64,000 bases of DNA from Adineta vaga (taxonomy: Eukaryota > Animalia > Rotifera), in contig CP075497.1 of NCBI GenBank assembly GCA_021613535.1, forward strand, positions 12,276,001 through 12,340,000, written 5' to 3'. This document shows positions 1 through 13,449 of the stretch, piece after piece (positions within the stretch are counted from its first letter, which is position 1; each line of letters begins with the position of its first letter). The notes beneath the pieces are model-generated. The model was not told where the DNA came from and did not search any database. It worked only from the letters and a program-made list of their open reading frames with translations. A program made the translations under genes and the position numbers.

Positions 1-476
1 TTAATTGTACGTCGTGTAATTGATGTTAATTTGTATTGATTTGTTTGAATATTTGAATGCATACGACCAAGAAATCGACTTATTTCTAAAGTTTGCCATA
101 ACTGACGTGTAGGCGTTGCAGGTGTATCTAAATATTTAATTCCTTCAATAAATGGGAAAATTGCACAATAACTTTCATTATTTAATGGAAATATTCCAGG
201 TGGATCAATAGCAGGTGCCACCGAAAGATGAAGTTCATTGAAGAGATAGGCAATAAAATTTAATTCAAATTGAATATATTCTAAATTTATTGGTCTTAAT
301 GTACTTGGGAGATATTGACGAAGAATATAAGTTTTCCCATTTGGTTTTGTTTGAAATTTCAATGTCAAATTTGTCCATCCATTGGTTAATTGTTCAATTG
401 GTGATGCAAGTTCACCTAATGAATATTTAGTCAAGATTGAAGCAAGTTGATTAGAAATTATTGTACTGTCGGTCAT
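1..476 (-). CDS. APH/type II homoserine kinase (ThrB)-like phosphotransferase, N-terminal part (runs off window edge)
   Basis: Manual translation from ATG 476 is open and intronless to base 1: MTDSTIISNQLASILTKYSLGELASPIEQLTNGWTNLTLKFQTKPNGKTYILRQYL...IQFELNFIAYL...AIFPFIEG...ISRFLGRMHS. The YxLG, GxxN, YILR, FEL, FIxG and LGxMH order matches the APH/ThrB-II N-lobe. Missing from the ORF track because no stop lies inside the window. Confidence 0.75.
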   Translation of the reverse strand, partial: MTDSTIISNQLASILTKYSLGELASPIEQLTNGWTNLTLKFQTKPNGKTYILRQYLPSTLRPINLEYIQFELNFIAYLFNELHLSVAPAIDPPGIFPLNNESYCAIFPFIEGIKYLDTPATPTRQLWQTLEISRFLGRMHSNIQTNQYKLTSITRRTI

Positions 477-1570
477 CTTCAATATGGTTTACTGTGATGT
501 GGTAATTACACGTCTGTGTCACATTCGATGTAATAAATCTATTATACACATTGAGTTCTTATCAAAACGAAAACGAAAAAGAAAGCTTATCAATGTTCTC
601 TTTCTCGTAGAGAAGAGTGTGCTGCAAGAACAAATTGTTTTGTCTGCCTACATTTTATCTATTGGTGGTAAAACAGTGTAAAAATAAAACATCGTAGGAT
701 AATCAGAGTCAAGCAGAGCGAATCTGGTGTTAGCTATTAAGAATTCTATAAATAAATAGTTTAACGATGGTTTGAAAAAGCAATTACTAGGAGAAAGATC
801 TGGGCGACTCCTCGGACGGTCGTTACTTTGTTCGATAAATACTAGCGATATCTATTTTTATTAAAACCATATGTGTATAATTGAATCCCAGTATACTCAA
901 TTATTCAGTTTTAGTCCTTTCAAAGGTATTAGAGGGATCAGTATTTTGAGAATGCTTCGGAAGGCGTGAAAAAAGTTAACTTTCGCGTTTGGTACTACTG
1001 ACTATACAAAAAGTATCAATACTAATTTTAGTATTGTTATGTACTATACTGATATCTATAAAATGCATTAAACTTTCAGTGGGTTATTAAATGAATGACC
1101 TACACAAATTTTCTCTACGTTCATAAAGATTACGTTGAGTAGTTTTTATTTGATATTTGCAAATGAAAAAATTCCGAACACACATGATAAGTTATATATT
1201 GACTATGATTCTACCGAATAATTGTTATTGTTCTTCGGATAATTCAATGGAATGAACGGGAAAGAGTGATTAATTTTCTAGTACTTCTTTTCATACCAAT
1301 AAAAGTATTTCAACGATTTTGGTTTATCGAAAGCGACATCTATCACAATATAAACAATAAAATTGATACAACTTTAAATCTTTGAAAATGATCATAAAAC
1401 AAAAATCAATATGAATTATTTCTTTTATGATTTTAAAATAACGTAAATCGACAATTGGTTCTTAGCATCTTCTTTCTTTCAATGGAAATGACTCATTCTT
1501 TTGTCGTTTTATTAAATATTTCTCTTTCGTCAATGAATGCACGCGCTTTCGAATAAATCATCTCAAATCA

Positions 1571-3945
1571 ATGATAACTATGGATGATCCTTATCAATAT
1601 TCGATGGATGATTCAATCTCCAATACACCGCGAACACGGAGTTCAAGTCGAAATGGTAAAGCATCCACTAATAATACGAAAAAAAATGTTCCAAAATCTG
1701 CTCAACAACGTATTGTTACTCGATCATCACAAAAATCTCCTATAACGCCAATAACTGATGAGAGTGATCATTCATTTATGTCAAATATCAATTCCGGATT
1801 TTCTCAATTTGTTAATCCAAAAAAGAGACAACATGACGAAAAAAAGAAGACAATCAAACGACCTAAAAGTATTTATTAATCATATTTTTTCATTTAATTT
1901 TATCCATTTAAACTTCTTCTAGTAACAACAGAGAAAGATGAAAATCAGCCACCAAATGAAGAAATTCAAGCAATTGAACAAGTTAAACTTATCTATGAAA
2001 CAGCTGGTATAATCAATAAGATTTTCTTCTCTCCACATCTAAATAAAACGTGTTTTCTCTTTCAGGTGGTCGAACAAATCTTTCTCGTGCTGCCGCAACA
2101 AATGCTCAAATACTTGCAAATAGAAATCAATCAAATGTACGTCAACCACCAATTACTAATACAACTTATACTCTAAATAATCAAAATCATGTTATTGATG
2201 ATACACAAATCGATACTTTAGCTATTCCAGACACAATGGTTGACATGGATACACAACATAATGATAGTTCATGGCAAAGGGATATTGATAGATTAATGAA
2301 AAAACTTGAAGAACCATCAACTTCATTCAAATCACCAACACAAATTGAAGAAACTCAGAAAGAAGACGAAGCTGAAGAAGAAATAACAGGACCCATTTAT
2401 CTTACTCAAACAGGAAAAACTCATCCACAATCAATGCAAAGATCATTAAAGCCCATTTCTCAAACACAATCAATTCATTCAATACCAAAGACGATGACTC
2501 AACCAAAGAAAACTCCGACAACAACAAGTACAATCACTCAAATGAATGAAATTGCAATACAAACAGAAAATAGTCAGAATGCATCATCTATTCATGCTTG
2601 TTGTCAAGATGTATCTACTTGTCCTTGTGTTCTCGTAAGTGAAATAACCAATGAATATGTTTTGAAATTTATTATTCAATTTCATTTTTTAGCGATATAG
2701 TAAACTCGAACGTTTATTTATGGAGAAAATGTCTCGATTTATAAGCATTGTTCCGACAGTTCCAGATTCAGAAATTCATCCAAAACGTCGAACTGTTCAT
2801 CACCATTCTCGTTTCCGACGTATGCGTGGTCGTCGAAGAAATAATCAACGAATAGTTGTACCTTCTCTATCTAATAATGAATCTACAACAGTCGAAGAAA
2901 CATTCAACGAAGTACAACCTTTTTATCAATTTTTTTTCATTTTCTTCTTCTTCTCTATTTAGACAATAACTGAAATAAATAATCAACCTGAAGAAAATAT
3001 TCAACTTCCACCCGAATCAACTGGAGTTATTCCCCCTTCTCCTCCTCCTCCTCCTCCTCCAGCTGTTGTTTCTACTTCAACAGAAAATATTTTATCTTCA
3101 ACAATCATTAAAGAAGCAACTGTTGAAGCGATCGATGATTTATCTACAATTGACAAAGTTGACGCAACTGTATTAATGGATCATTCATCAACATTTTTAA
3201 TTTCATCAGGTATTAATACTTGTTCAACCAGTCGACGTTTAGTTTTAACAGCATCATCACTGGATGAAAATCAGAAAGTAAGAAATGAAAACATGAAATT
3301 TTCCATTCAATTCAATTTCTCTTTCTTTAGTCACAAATTCGTTCATTTACCACTCGATTTCATGCATCCATTAGTTCCACAGTTGATTCTTCTACTACTC
3401 ATGTTATCGTCAATGAACAATCTTCACTTATTTGTCCATTAACAGGAAAAATCATTCAAGGAATTGCTCGTCATTTATTTATTGTTTCACATCGTTGGTT
3501 AAATGATTGTTTAGAACAAGATTCAATTCTTGACGAACGCCCTTATGAAATCCGTGGTGATACAAGTTTAGGTGTTGATCATGGTGGAATGCGTCGATCA
3601 CGTTTAACACCTTCGTATCTTCTTGAAAATTATTCAATTTTTCTACGTTGTTCACCAATTGATTGTGCACCATTACAAACAGTTGAACAAGTTCAAGAAT
3701 TAATTGAATTATGTGGAGCAAAATTTATTCGAAGTTTTGGTGAAATTCGAACAATTGATAAGCAAAGGCAGATTCTTCTTGTTCTTGGAATTAATGGATT
3801 TAGTGGAGCAGAAAAAAAGGGTCAAGCTATTTTAGATACATGTCGACAATTTAATGTTCGTTGTGTTAATATTCATTGGTTACTTATTTCTATTGCTAAA
3901 TTTGAAATACAACCGGTGGAAAATTATGAGATTAATCAAGTTTGA
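1571..3945 (+). CDS. BRCA1-like protein: long S/T/Q-rich disordered region plus C-terminal tandem BRCT, multi-exon, no RING seen
   Basis: Short GT-AG introns join the ORF-track pieces. The spliced C-terminus LVLTASSL...TTHVIV...CPLTGKIIQGIARHLFIVSHRWLNDCLEQDSILDERPYEIRGDTSLGVDHGGMRRSR...LIELCGA...VNIHWLLISI parallels BRCA1 BRCT1-linker-BRCT2 (TTHVVM; FEVRGD..G.NHQGPKRAR; LCGA). Confidence 0.75.
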
Positions 3946-4179
3946 TTCTTTTTTCGCTTATCGGAGATTTTCAATCTATTTAACCATGCAATAGTTTTGG
4001 TATTTTTTGTTATAAAAAAAAGAGTTTATTTTTGATATGTATAGAATTGAATTGATGCAATATTTTGTGAAATTAATTTGTCAGATAATCATCCATTGAA
4101 ATAAAATCCTCTTCTACTTTCTATCTCATAGTGTTTCTTTTGTTTCCAATATTATTTCCTGTTCTTTTATTCTTCAGAC

Positions 4180-4623
4180 ATGGATGCAGCTATTGAACAA
4201 TATGCTCCGAGTGAAACTCTTGATGATACTCCAACAGTATCATTAACATTACCGTACATACTTCATCCATCTTGTCTTCATATGCAAGTTCGTTCCGGTT
4301 CGAAAACGAAAAATTTAATTCAATTTGCAATGCGAAAATTATTTCCAACTGATGTGAATGTCATTCCAGTTGAACAAATCACATGGAGTGCTTTTGGTGA
4401 TGGAATATCGAAAGCTATTGCATGTGCTGAATTAACCAAACGACGTTGTCCAATAAATTTTCATGAATATGTTCAAATTGGTTATAAACGTATTGAACAA
4501 ATATGGCAACCGGTGAATTCTACTGTTGAATTAGATACATTGAAAGTGAATAAAGATATTCCAGCTATTTGTATTCTTCTTTCGAAACTTCCTTTAGTCA
4601 AATTAAATGAAGGAGAAAATTAA
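4180..4623 (+). CDS. RPP25L: Alba-domain RNase P/MRP subunit p25-like protein
   Basis: Intronless 147 aa ORF with HMQVRSGSKTKNLIQFA, ISKAIACAELTKRR and LDTLKVNKDIPAICILLSK, typical of the Rpp25/Alba family. Confidence 0.85.
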   Translation: MDAAIEQYAPSETLDDTPTVSLTLPYILHPSCLHMQVRSGSKTKNLIQFAMRKLFPTDVNVIPVEQITWSAFGDGISKAIACAELTKRRCPINFHEYVQIGYKRIEQIWQPVNSTVELDTLKVNKDIPAICILLSKLPLVKLNEGEN

Positions 4624-4651
4624 TTTTTTTAGATAAAACTTTTTCTTTACG

Positions 4652-7586
4652 ATGTCGAGTGCGACATTAACTTTCGACGTGATTATATCTTGCTTAATAG
4701 CATTGATTTTTCTCTATCGTTGTGGAAATTATCGTCGACAACATCCGATTATAACAGGAGCTGTTTTTATTGCATGGTCATTCTCAATTTCATTTATTTT
4801 CCTTCTTCCATTAGATATTTCCTTAGTAATTTTGTATTGATTCTTTGAACTTTTTAATGAATTTGATTTCTTTAGGCAGCCTATCAAGAATGTAGTAGTT
4901 CAAATATTTCAACAACAACAACAACGATGAATCCAAATAATTTAAATTTAGTAAAACAAAAAAGCTTTGTTTGATGATTCAATAAAACATCTTCCTTGTA
5001 GAGTAATTCAATTGAAAAACCATGTCCTCGACCATGGTCATATGTAAATCCAAGAACTTATGAAGTTTTGTGGCGAATTATTTATTGGACATCACAATGT
5101 TTAACTTGGTAAAAATACTTCGATATTTATTGTTTGATTTCTATTCTTTTGTTTTCTTAAGGCTTGTTTTACCATTCATGCAATCAGTCTGTCAAACAGG
5201 TATGTTTTTGTTTGTTTTCTTCGAAGAATGATGATGACTTTTTTTTTGTTCTTAGGAGAATTCTATTGGAGAGGAAAAATTCGTTATGCTCTTCGATCAA
5301 ATTTAATTTATTATGGAACACTTCTACTGATATTTGGAGTTCTTGTGATTTATGTGGCAATTTATTATAATCTAACCGCATCAAATTTTAAAGTAAATCA
5401 TTTATATACAAGTCAATAAAATCCTCTATCAATTCGTTTAGGTAACAATCATTGCAGCAAGTACGACATGGGGTCTATTTCTTCTTGTTCTAATGCTTGG
5501 CTATGGTCTTGTTGAAGTTCCATTAAAAGTTTACAATCGTTCTCGAACATTCTACGTACTTTCTCATGTTCAATTTAAATTATCTCAATTATATAATGAA
5601 AAAATCGATATTGAAGAACGTTTAGAATCACTTGTTGATGAAGTATCAAAATTATGTCTTCAAATCAAATACAACGATTCATTACGACCATGTTTAGAAG
5701 AAATTGTTCGAATTATTCCTGAACAATATTCCAATCGAGTGAAATTAACAATGGATGATTATGAAGATTATCGATCATCGAATACAACATCAAATAAATT
5801 AATTGATTTACCAACGGAAAAACAATTAATTAAATTACATGGACTTTTAAAGAAAAGTAAACATATTCATCATCGTATTCAAGCATCATGGGTACAAATG
5901 ATTGACGAAGCTTTTTATTTGGAAGATATTTTAAATAATGAAAAAAATTCGAATCGATCATTTGTTAAACAAAGTCCCTTGGTAAAATCATGGTTAAGAC
6001 AAAAATTATTTGATGAACATCCAGTTTTAGGTAAATATTTCAATTGATTTGATTAAGAAAAAGGTTTTCATTGTAGAATGGTATACATTTTGCTTTTTAC
6101 GACCATGGGCTTTTCGTTTTCTTGGCGTTGGTTTAGCGATTATTTCACTGATCGTTATCTGGTCTGAAATGACATTTTTTAGTACTCGACCTGTTTTATC
6201 AATATTTGCTCGTACGGTCAATGCCGCTCGTGCGCATCATGATTATTTTACTATGGAAGTAAGTTTTAGTTATGAAGAAAAAGATTTCTCTCATCGAATT
6301 TTTAGATAATCTGTTCGTTAAGTCTTGCTTATTTATGTTTATGTGCATATTATACAATATTTCGTATGCGTATATTTAATTATTTTTATTTATCACTTTA
6401 TCATTTAACGGATGAAAATAGTCTAATCTTTGCTGCAACATTTCTTTGTCGTTTGACAGCGCCTTTAAGTTATAATTTTCTTGGAATGATCCATATGGAT
6501 CAAGTGATTACAAAACAAACTTCTCGACAAGAAACAGTTTTTACTGGAGTAAAAGAAAATTTTCTTGCTTTGTCTTGTCTAAGGAATTATGAGATGATAT
6601 TTGTATTTAGATAATGGGTCGTATGAATGTTATTCCAATAATTTCCAGTGGTTTTAATTTCTATTTTCCAATGTTAGTATGTTTATTATGTTTTGGAACA
6701 TATTTTCGATTTGGTTCACGATGTTTACATATCTTCGGTGTCAGACAATTCTTTGATGATGATCATATTTCAGCTGAATATATTGAAGATGGAAAAAATC
6801 TTATGAAAAAAGGTTGAATTATTTCTCTTTTGTTTTGTCTCTTTTGTTGAATGTGAATAAATTTAGAACGAAGAAATTATGGCGGAGTTGATGCGTTATC
6901 AACAATGGGTAATACAACAACGGCGACACAACGAAAAGATCGACGAAAAGAATTAGAAGAGAAATATGGATTAAGATCATCATCAAGGAATTCTCAAGTA
7001 TTAAAATATCAAGATGATGAATTATCGGAAATCAAATCAGGTTAGAATTGATATGGAATGAGTAAATTTACTTTTTTCAATTATAGAAACTCGTCAATTA
7101 AAAGCGTCATCATCAAGTTCAGAAGAACCATTGATAACTATGAATAATAATCAACAAGTTCCATCCAATACGACGACAGTTACAGGTAGGAAAATAGTAC
7201 ACAAAAGGATTTTCAACTGAAGATAAATTCCAGGAATTCGAGAAAGAAACGATAAGTCTCAATGACGTGTTTAAATTGCATAATATTTATTTTAGCTTCT
7301 ATCCGTAGACTGTATAAATTTCTATCGTAAGAATTGGTAAAAGTTCACTAAAAATTGCGTATCAATACTTAACGATAGGGTGACGAACGTTACTTGGTGT
7401 GCTTTTTTGATTTTTCACCAACAATTGTGAAAGTATTCGCATTTTTAGATAATAAAATTCCAGAATCACAAATATTTCTTTCCTTTGCTTCAATTTATTA
7501 TCTTTTTCTTTGATTTATTTCTCATTCTTTTCTTAGGTTCTTCTCGTCGTGGACCACCACCTACAAATATATTCAATGATATTTAA
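4652..7586 (+). CDS. LMBRD2: LMBR1 domain-containing protein 2, multi-exon membrane protein
   Basis: Motifs IFLLPLDIS, LWRIIYWTSQCLTW, LRSNLIYYG, TWGLFLLVLMLGYGLVEVP, IWSEMTFF, CRLTAPLSYNFLGMIH, GFNFYFPM. Last exon ends PPTNIFNDI*, TAA 7584-7586. Confidence 0.92.
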
Positions 7587-7764
7587 AATTGATTCAATAT
7601 TGTCATTTATTTGTAAACATTTTAATCTCTATTGATTATTTCTCTATGTCGTATTTTGATTTGTGAAACTAACAAGTTACTAACTTCTATTTCTCACATA
7701 GTCTCAGCATTTGTTATCATTATAAGAATTGTAATTATTCGATGTTGTATTTTTGTCTTTTAAG

Positions 7765-8124
7765 ATGAGTAATCCCGAAGAAAATCAAGCAGCTAGTAAT
7801 TTAAATGCATTGCGTGCTGATGTAACAGCGACAACGAATGTTTTGAAAGTGACTGTTGATAAGTTAGTTCAACGTGGAGAAAATTTAGATGCTATGAATA
7901 ATCGAGCAGATGATTTATTTTCAACATCGTATCATTTTCGTGGAACAGCAAGACAAGTGAATCGAAATATGAGATGGAAAAATATCAAGTTAACTGTTTT
8001 TCTTGGTAAGTTTTTGTTTATTTGACATTCATTTTGATGATTATTTTTCTCCCTTTTAGCTCTCGTTGTGATCTGTGTGATTGCGTTTATTGTACTTATG
8101 GCTTTACATCCATGGAAGAAATGA
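7765..8124 (+). CDS. Synaptobrevin/VAMP-family R-SNARE
   Basis: VDKLVQRGENLDAMNNRADDL...FRGTARQVNRNMRWKN SNARE motif. Intron 8006-8059 is followed by a transmembrane exon ending HPWKK*. Confidence 0.9.
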
Positions 8125-9604
8125 TCTAATGGTGAAACATTGTCGATATCATGATCGAACTTCTGATTTGTACATGATCTATTTGCATATGTAACAGTGC
8201 TTTTTTTCTATTTTTAATAAATATTTTAAACAAGGTTAACAGTTTTACACAAATTAAAGAAGTTAGTATTATAAAAGATAGCAAAGTTTTCAACATGGAT
8301 AAGTGTAATCGGAAAATATTTTTACTATTAGTACCTTGATAAATATACACTAATATATTCTAGTGTTCAGTACTGTTTTGAGTATATTTATTGCAATCAT
8401 TCTCTAATTAATAATCATTTTCATTAGACAGAACAAAAAACATGCAAAAGACGAAACAAAGTTTCGTTTAAATCAAGCACTCAGAGGAATAATGTTGGTT
8501 AAAACTAATTCATTATAAATCTTTTGAAGTATTAAACGTTCACTCCATATTGATCCATATATTTCCAATGCTTATCTTTTGTATATTCAATAAATATTAC
8601 TTCAAAATGCATCTTCTATGCGAAAGAACAACAACGATTTTATCGTGGTCTAGATTTCACACTTGACGTGATTACTTCTGTCGATATTTTTTATTCTAGT
8701 ACTACACAATGTTCAACCGTCAGGGTTCATTCATTAAAGGATAATTCTTCTTGGCTTTTTGTTTATATATGTCGAACTATTTGTTTTCAAAAGCGTAGTT
8801 CGCGCCATCTTCATCGATATTATACGTGGTAGACATTTAACACAATTATAGACAATACTGAGTTACAGCACCTACCGATAGAAATGGGAAAGTTTATTGT
8901 AAATATAAAAGTAATGAGAAAAGCTGAAGAATAGTAAATCTTTTCTCATTAGAAATTCTCAATATTATTAAAATGCTGAATCGTATCGCCTTGAACCCAC
9001 TATGCATTTATGTATAGTTTCGTTATTCGACTTGAACTCGAAAAGCATGTTATAAAACGAGTTAACATTCAATTCATAGAATGTATTCAGTATGTGTTTA
9101 AAGAACTACTCGAATGGCAGTACAGCAATATTAGAAAATATATGAAAAAAGGTTGAAAATAAAAAGAACCTCAAGTTGACCATATCAATATGATTTGATT
9201 TATTTTGAGAAATTATTTCAATCTAATGATAATAACCAATATCAGGAACATTCAGAGATGTTGGTCAAAGAACAATAGATAGTAAAAGGAAACAAAGTAA
9301 CAACATATACAGAGAAAAAAAACTTTTATTACATTTGATAAAACAAATAAAACACTATTGATGTCAATATTACTATCATTGGCACTGGTAAAATCACTTT
9401 TGGTGTTACTAAATCTATCCTCAGTATGTATTGAATGATCGCAACGAACTCAATTAGAACTCTTACGATCAGTACTAAGAGTCTTATTTATCCATCGTCA
9501 TGAACGTAAACATAAGTAGATTATAACACATTTTTGTGTAAGATGCATTCAAGCTGACTCTGACGTTGTTATATAGAGATTCTTTAGTAGAGTGGTGTGG
9601 ATTC

Positions 9605-9804
9605 TGTTAGGTCCGCCTTATTTTGCGGCTGAAATCTTCAGAAAACGCACCGGCTTCAGTCGGAACTCGCAGGAATTCAGTCATCATATCCGACTGGAAC
9701 CAGATAGATCCTGCCACAGGATTCGTTGGCAGGATTACTGCTTCAATAAAAACTCCGGAATTCTCCGAAATCGACCGTTTCCACGCCAGATTGTCCGACC
9801 TGGG
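9605..9804. mobile_element. Partial CCCAGG-type MITE
   Basis: GC-rich island ending CCGACCTGGG, similar to the termini at 33240 and 58344. Left terminus not recognisable. Confidence 0.5.
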
Positions 9805-12214
9805 TTGTTTAATTCTTGACTTTTGAAAGAAATCGCACTTGCAAAAATATCAACCAAGATGTTTAAAATAAATTCAAGCATCGAAACTAAAGAAAAACAA
9901 ATTGTACAAAATTAAGTGAAAGAACTAAGAGAATTCATAAACAATGCGTAAATATCGTGCTTAGTGACGCATTAATAAATAAAAAATGTTCTTATAAAGC
10001 GATCTGGACCAAAAACATTATCACAAGATGCCGACAACGTGAATCTGGTAATCATGACAAAATGTTTGTTTTGTTTTTAAAAGGATTTCTTTCAGATTCA
10101 GTATCATAGACTAAACATAGAAACGTTTTTCAACGGACTCCAGTCCCAACATTGTATTGATGGTAGTCCTTCGAATCATGTGTGGAATATCATGTATTAC
10201 TCGTTTTTATCATCCTATCTAAGAGCACAATTACGATCAACATTGAAAGATTCAATACATCTTGCGACATAAATATTTTGATTTTGATTTTTTCCACGTT
10301 AAAGTTTAATACCTTTTTTATTCTTTTTTCTTCGCTTTCCTACAGACTCACCCTTGTTAAAAGCGAGCAAACAACGTAGTGTCTTATATAATTCAACTAT
10401 TAAACGCATCAAATATCATCTTCACTATAGTTCCATTTTATTTTGTACATGCCACGGACTTTTCCTTCTACTTTATTGACTCCAAAATTCCAAGAAAACA
10501 CAGTTTCTTTGTCTGACATTTTTCTACGTTAAACATTTATTGAACTTGATTTATATGAATGATATATTCTAATTTTCTTAGAAGAACAATAATTGATTTT
10601 TCAGAGGAAACGATAAGTGATTCAACCATTAGAGACATAATAATTTTGTACCTTACATAATAATCCTTTATATTTTGCACGGCAGTATCAAGCACCTCGA
10701 AAAATATCGATATTCGATGTCTACTTCATTTTTATTGGTCCAGAAGTTATACAATAAAGCATATCATACCAAGATCAACAGCAAAAACAAAAAATTGAAA
10801 GGAAAACATACAGAAGGGATGATGCTCGTCGAAAATGAAAAACCATTAATTCTTTTTCTTTGATTTATCAAGAGGATTTAATTCTGGAATAAAATGAGAA
10901 AATAAAAGTGTACTGTATAATTACAGAAATCTATCACTCAACGCGTATTACTTGACTGCTTATCCACCTAAATATTGCATCATCATTCTGATAGTTGATG
11001 AGGCATGACTCGATGATATCTTATACTCTCTTTAATTTGACCACAATATTCTTCAAGAGCTAATTTATATTTGATACAGTCTATAGTCAATCTTTTAAGC
11101 AGAAAATGCTAGACTGAATTGTAGAGGCATGCAGACTGGATGATAACAAAGAATTTGGATGTAAACTCGTTCTCAATCAGATAAAGAATCTGATTCGATG
11201 AAATGTCTAATCGAGTTTTCTTTGCATTATTATGCGGTATTCTCTGTCTACATGAATAAGAGACGCAAAAAATCAATGTCCCACTATATCTAGTTATTTG
11301 CTTTCCGATCAGTTGAGAATATAAGTTTCCAAAGAATTTTCAACAGAATATTACATAAAAAAACTAAACTACTGAACATCGACTCAATTTCGATCTCATT
11401 ATTTAGATCGAGAATTGAGTGTAACCTCCGTCTGAGAATAAGTTCATATTTTCAACTAATTAAACTCAGATTATATTTTCTTATCAATGGATTTCTCATG
11501 AAATATAAGTAATCGAATGTAGTTTTTGATGACAGTCTGAAACACAGATCTATTTTCATTCAGAATTAAATTATAACAATAAAAATCGTCTCAAATATGC
11601 TTTGTTCAATATTCGTATTAATATATTTCTGAATTACTTACTGAGAAACGGTATTATATATTTATTAAATGTTCCCTTCCATTGTGAATGATTATCATTA
11701 ACACGACCTATAAAGAAAAAACATAGTCTTAATTACCATGAAAATATATTCTATCAAAGTAACATTTTCTTTTCTCAATTTATGACATATAATGTCGACT
11801 AAGTATCGAACTCGAGCATAATTAATTAGACAATCTTTGAAAAAAGTATATTCGATCGATCATAAAAGAAAATATTATTGGTTCAAGTCAAGAGAATATA
11901 CGAAATGTTCTGATTCTTGCAATTAATGTCAGTTAAAATTTATTAGAATTGAAAAATATCCTCTGTATCATTTAGTTTAATATAAAATCCAGTCGTAGTG
12001 ATAGTTTTCTGACAAATTTTAAGTCAATTTGATAAAAAATAATACATAACTATAAAAACAGATCGTTTTAATCGAACTTTTTATATATACTTTTATTCTA
12101 TAGAAGCTAAGGTGGTTTGTTTTAATCTGAAATTTGAATAACTCGTAAAACGTACTGAAAATGTATAGCCATAAATTCAAATATATTCTCATTCTCTAGT
12201 TTATAGATACAAAA

Positions 12215-12517
12215 TCAAAATAGCATCTTTTCTATTGTTTGATTTATGTTTGTAGCTATTCTACCTTCGGCGATGATTTTGTATTTTGGAATAACTTCAG
12301 TTGTACAGGTAAACAAATCGCCAGTGCATGATGGTAGGATAAATTCATTCATATTAACATTCATTAGCACAATTCTTGAAGTCATATTAATTCCAAAAGA
12401 TGTTTTCAAATCAGCAAGAAGATTTTGATATTCGATATTTTGATTAACACGAAACAGTTTCTCTACTTTTTCATATTGAAAGATCATTTGTTTCATTTCA
12501 TTATTTCCTGTTTGTTC
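12215..12517 (-). CDS. Exon of an unknown or degenerate gene
   Basis: 93 aa ORF with protein-like composition, preceded by a plausible acceptor. No family recognised and no complete model built. Confidence 0.3.
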   Translation of the reverse strand, partial: EQTGNNEMKQMIFQYEKVEKLFRVNQNIEYQNLLADLKTSFGINMTSRIVLMNVNMNEFILPSCTGDLFTCTTEVIPKYKIIAEGRIATNINQTIEKMLF

Positions 12518-12566
12518 TAAATAAAGAAAGTAGAATAAGTATATCTGATAAAATACGTTCGATTAC

Positions 12567-12801
12567 GATTATTATCGATTATAATGGAATTTTTTCAACA
12601 AGATCAAAATTATAATCAATTGTATTATTTCAAATCAGCAATAATTTGACTTTTAATCAATATTGATCTTTGAAGATCAGAATATTTTTGGTTAAAACCA
12701 CATACTTTTAATTAAAAAGTCAATTATCGTTGATTTGGAAGATTTCTATCGATTATAATTTTGACTTTATCCCAAAATTTCTATTATAATCGACAATAAT
12801 C
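12567..12801. mobile_element. AT-rich palindromic MITE
   Basis: Left GATTATTATCGATTATAATGGAATTTT pairs with right AAAATTTCTATTATAATCGACAATAATC. Imperfect pairing continues inward for ~90 bp. Confidence 0.7.
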
Positions 12802-13449
12802 TGTCAAAATCCAGCATTCTTTTACTTTGCACTATTTTACTAAAATGATAAGCATCTAGTGTGCAAACATTAATTCTTATACGTCAATAATTGCAGCATT
12901 ATTTAACAAGGAAAAATCAAACAAACTCACCCATCAAAGATATTTTTGATAATGATGATTGACAACAACACAACGAAAAAGAAAGACAGGTTGAAAATAA
13001 AGTTTTTATCTTGAAATAAAAGAATATTTAGCAAAGTACAACGTGTACATCAATCAACTGTAAAAAATATTCTGGAAAAGTAGAAGAATTCAAACTTGAT
13101 CTGTTCGAGCGAACTGTCAACCAAACAAAAAACGGATTGGATTAATATGGAATAAATAACAAGCGATGCAAATAGATGGCGCCACGCATTCAATCATACC
13201 GAAATATTCGTTTGATTCAAAATAAACACTTATATAGCCAATTTATAATAAAAAACCCTAACAAGTCAGTCTCTATATTTCTACAGATCGGTTTAGCCTT
13301 TTGAACACAATAAAATCCATGTAAAAACAGGAAATTAAAAATCTGAATTCAATCGATTTTTTATGATGAGAAATTGATTTAAATGGCATGACTTTCATCT
13401 GCTTTTCACCGTATTTTTAATTGATTTAAGTTGATTTCTATTTTGCAAT

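Noticed and set aside
9592-9826. Overlapping ORFs in GC-rich islands (also 32994-33293 and 58136-58363)
   Set aside because: They coincide with MITE sequence, where higher GC lowers stop frequency.
8200-12200. Scattered coding-looking minus-strand fragments
   Set aside because: Interrupted by stops; no spliced model or family could be supported.
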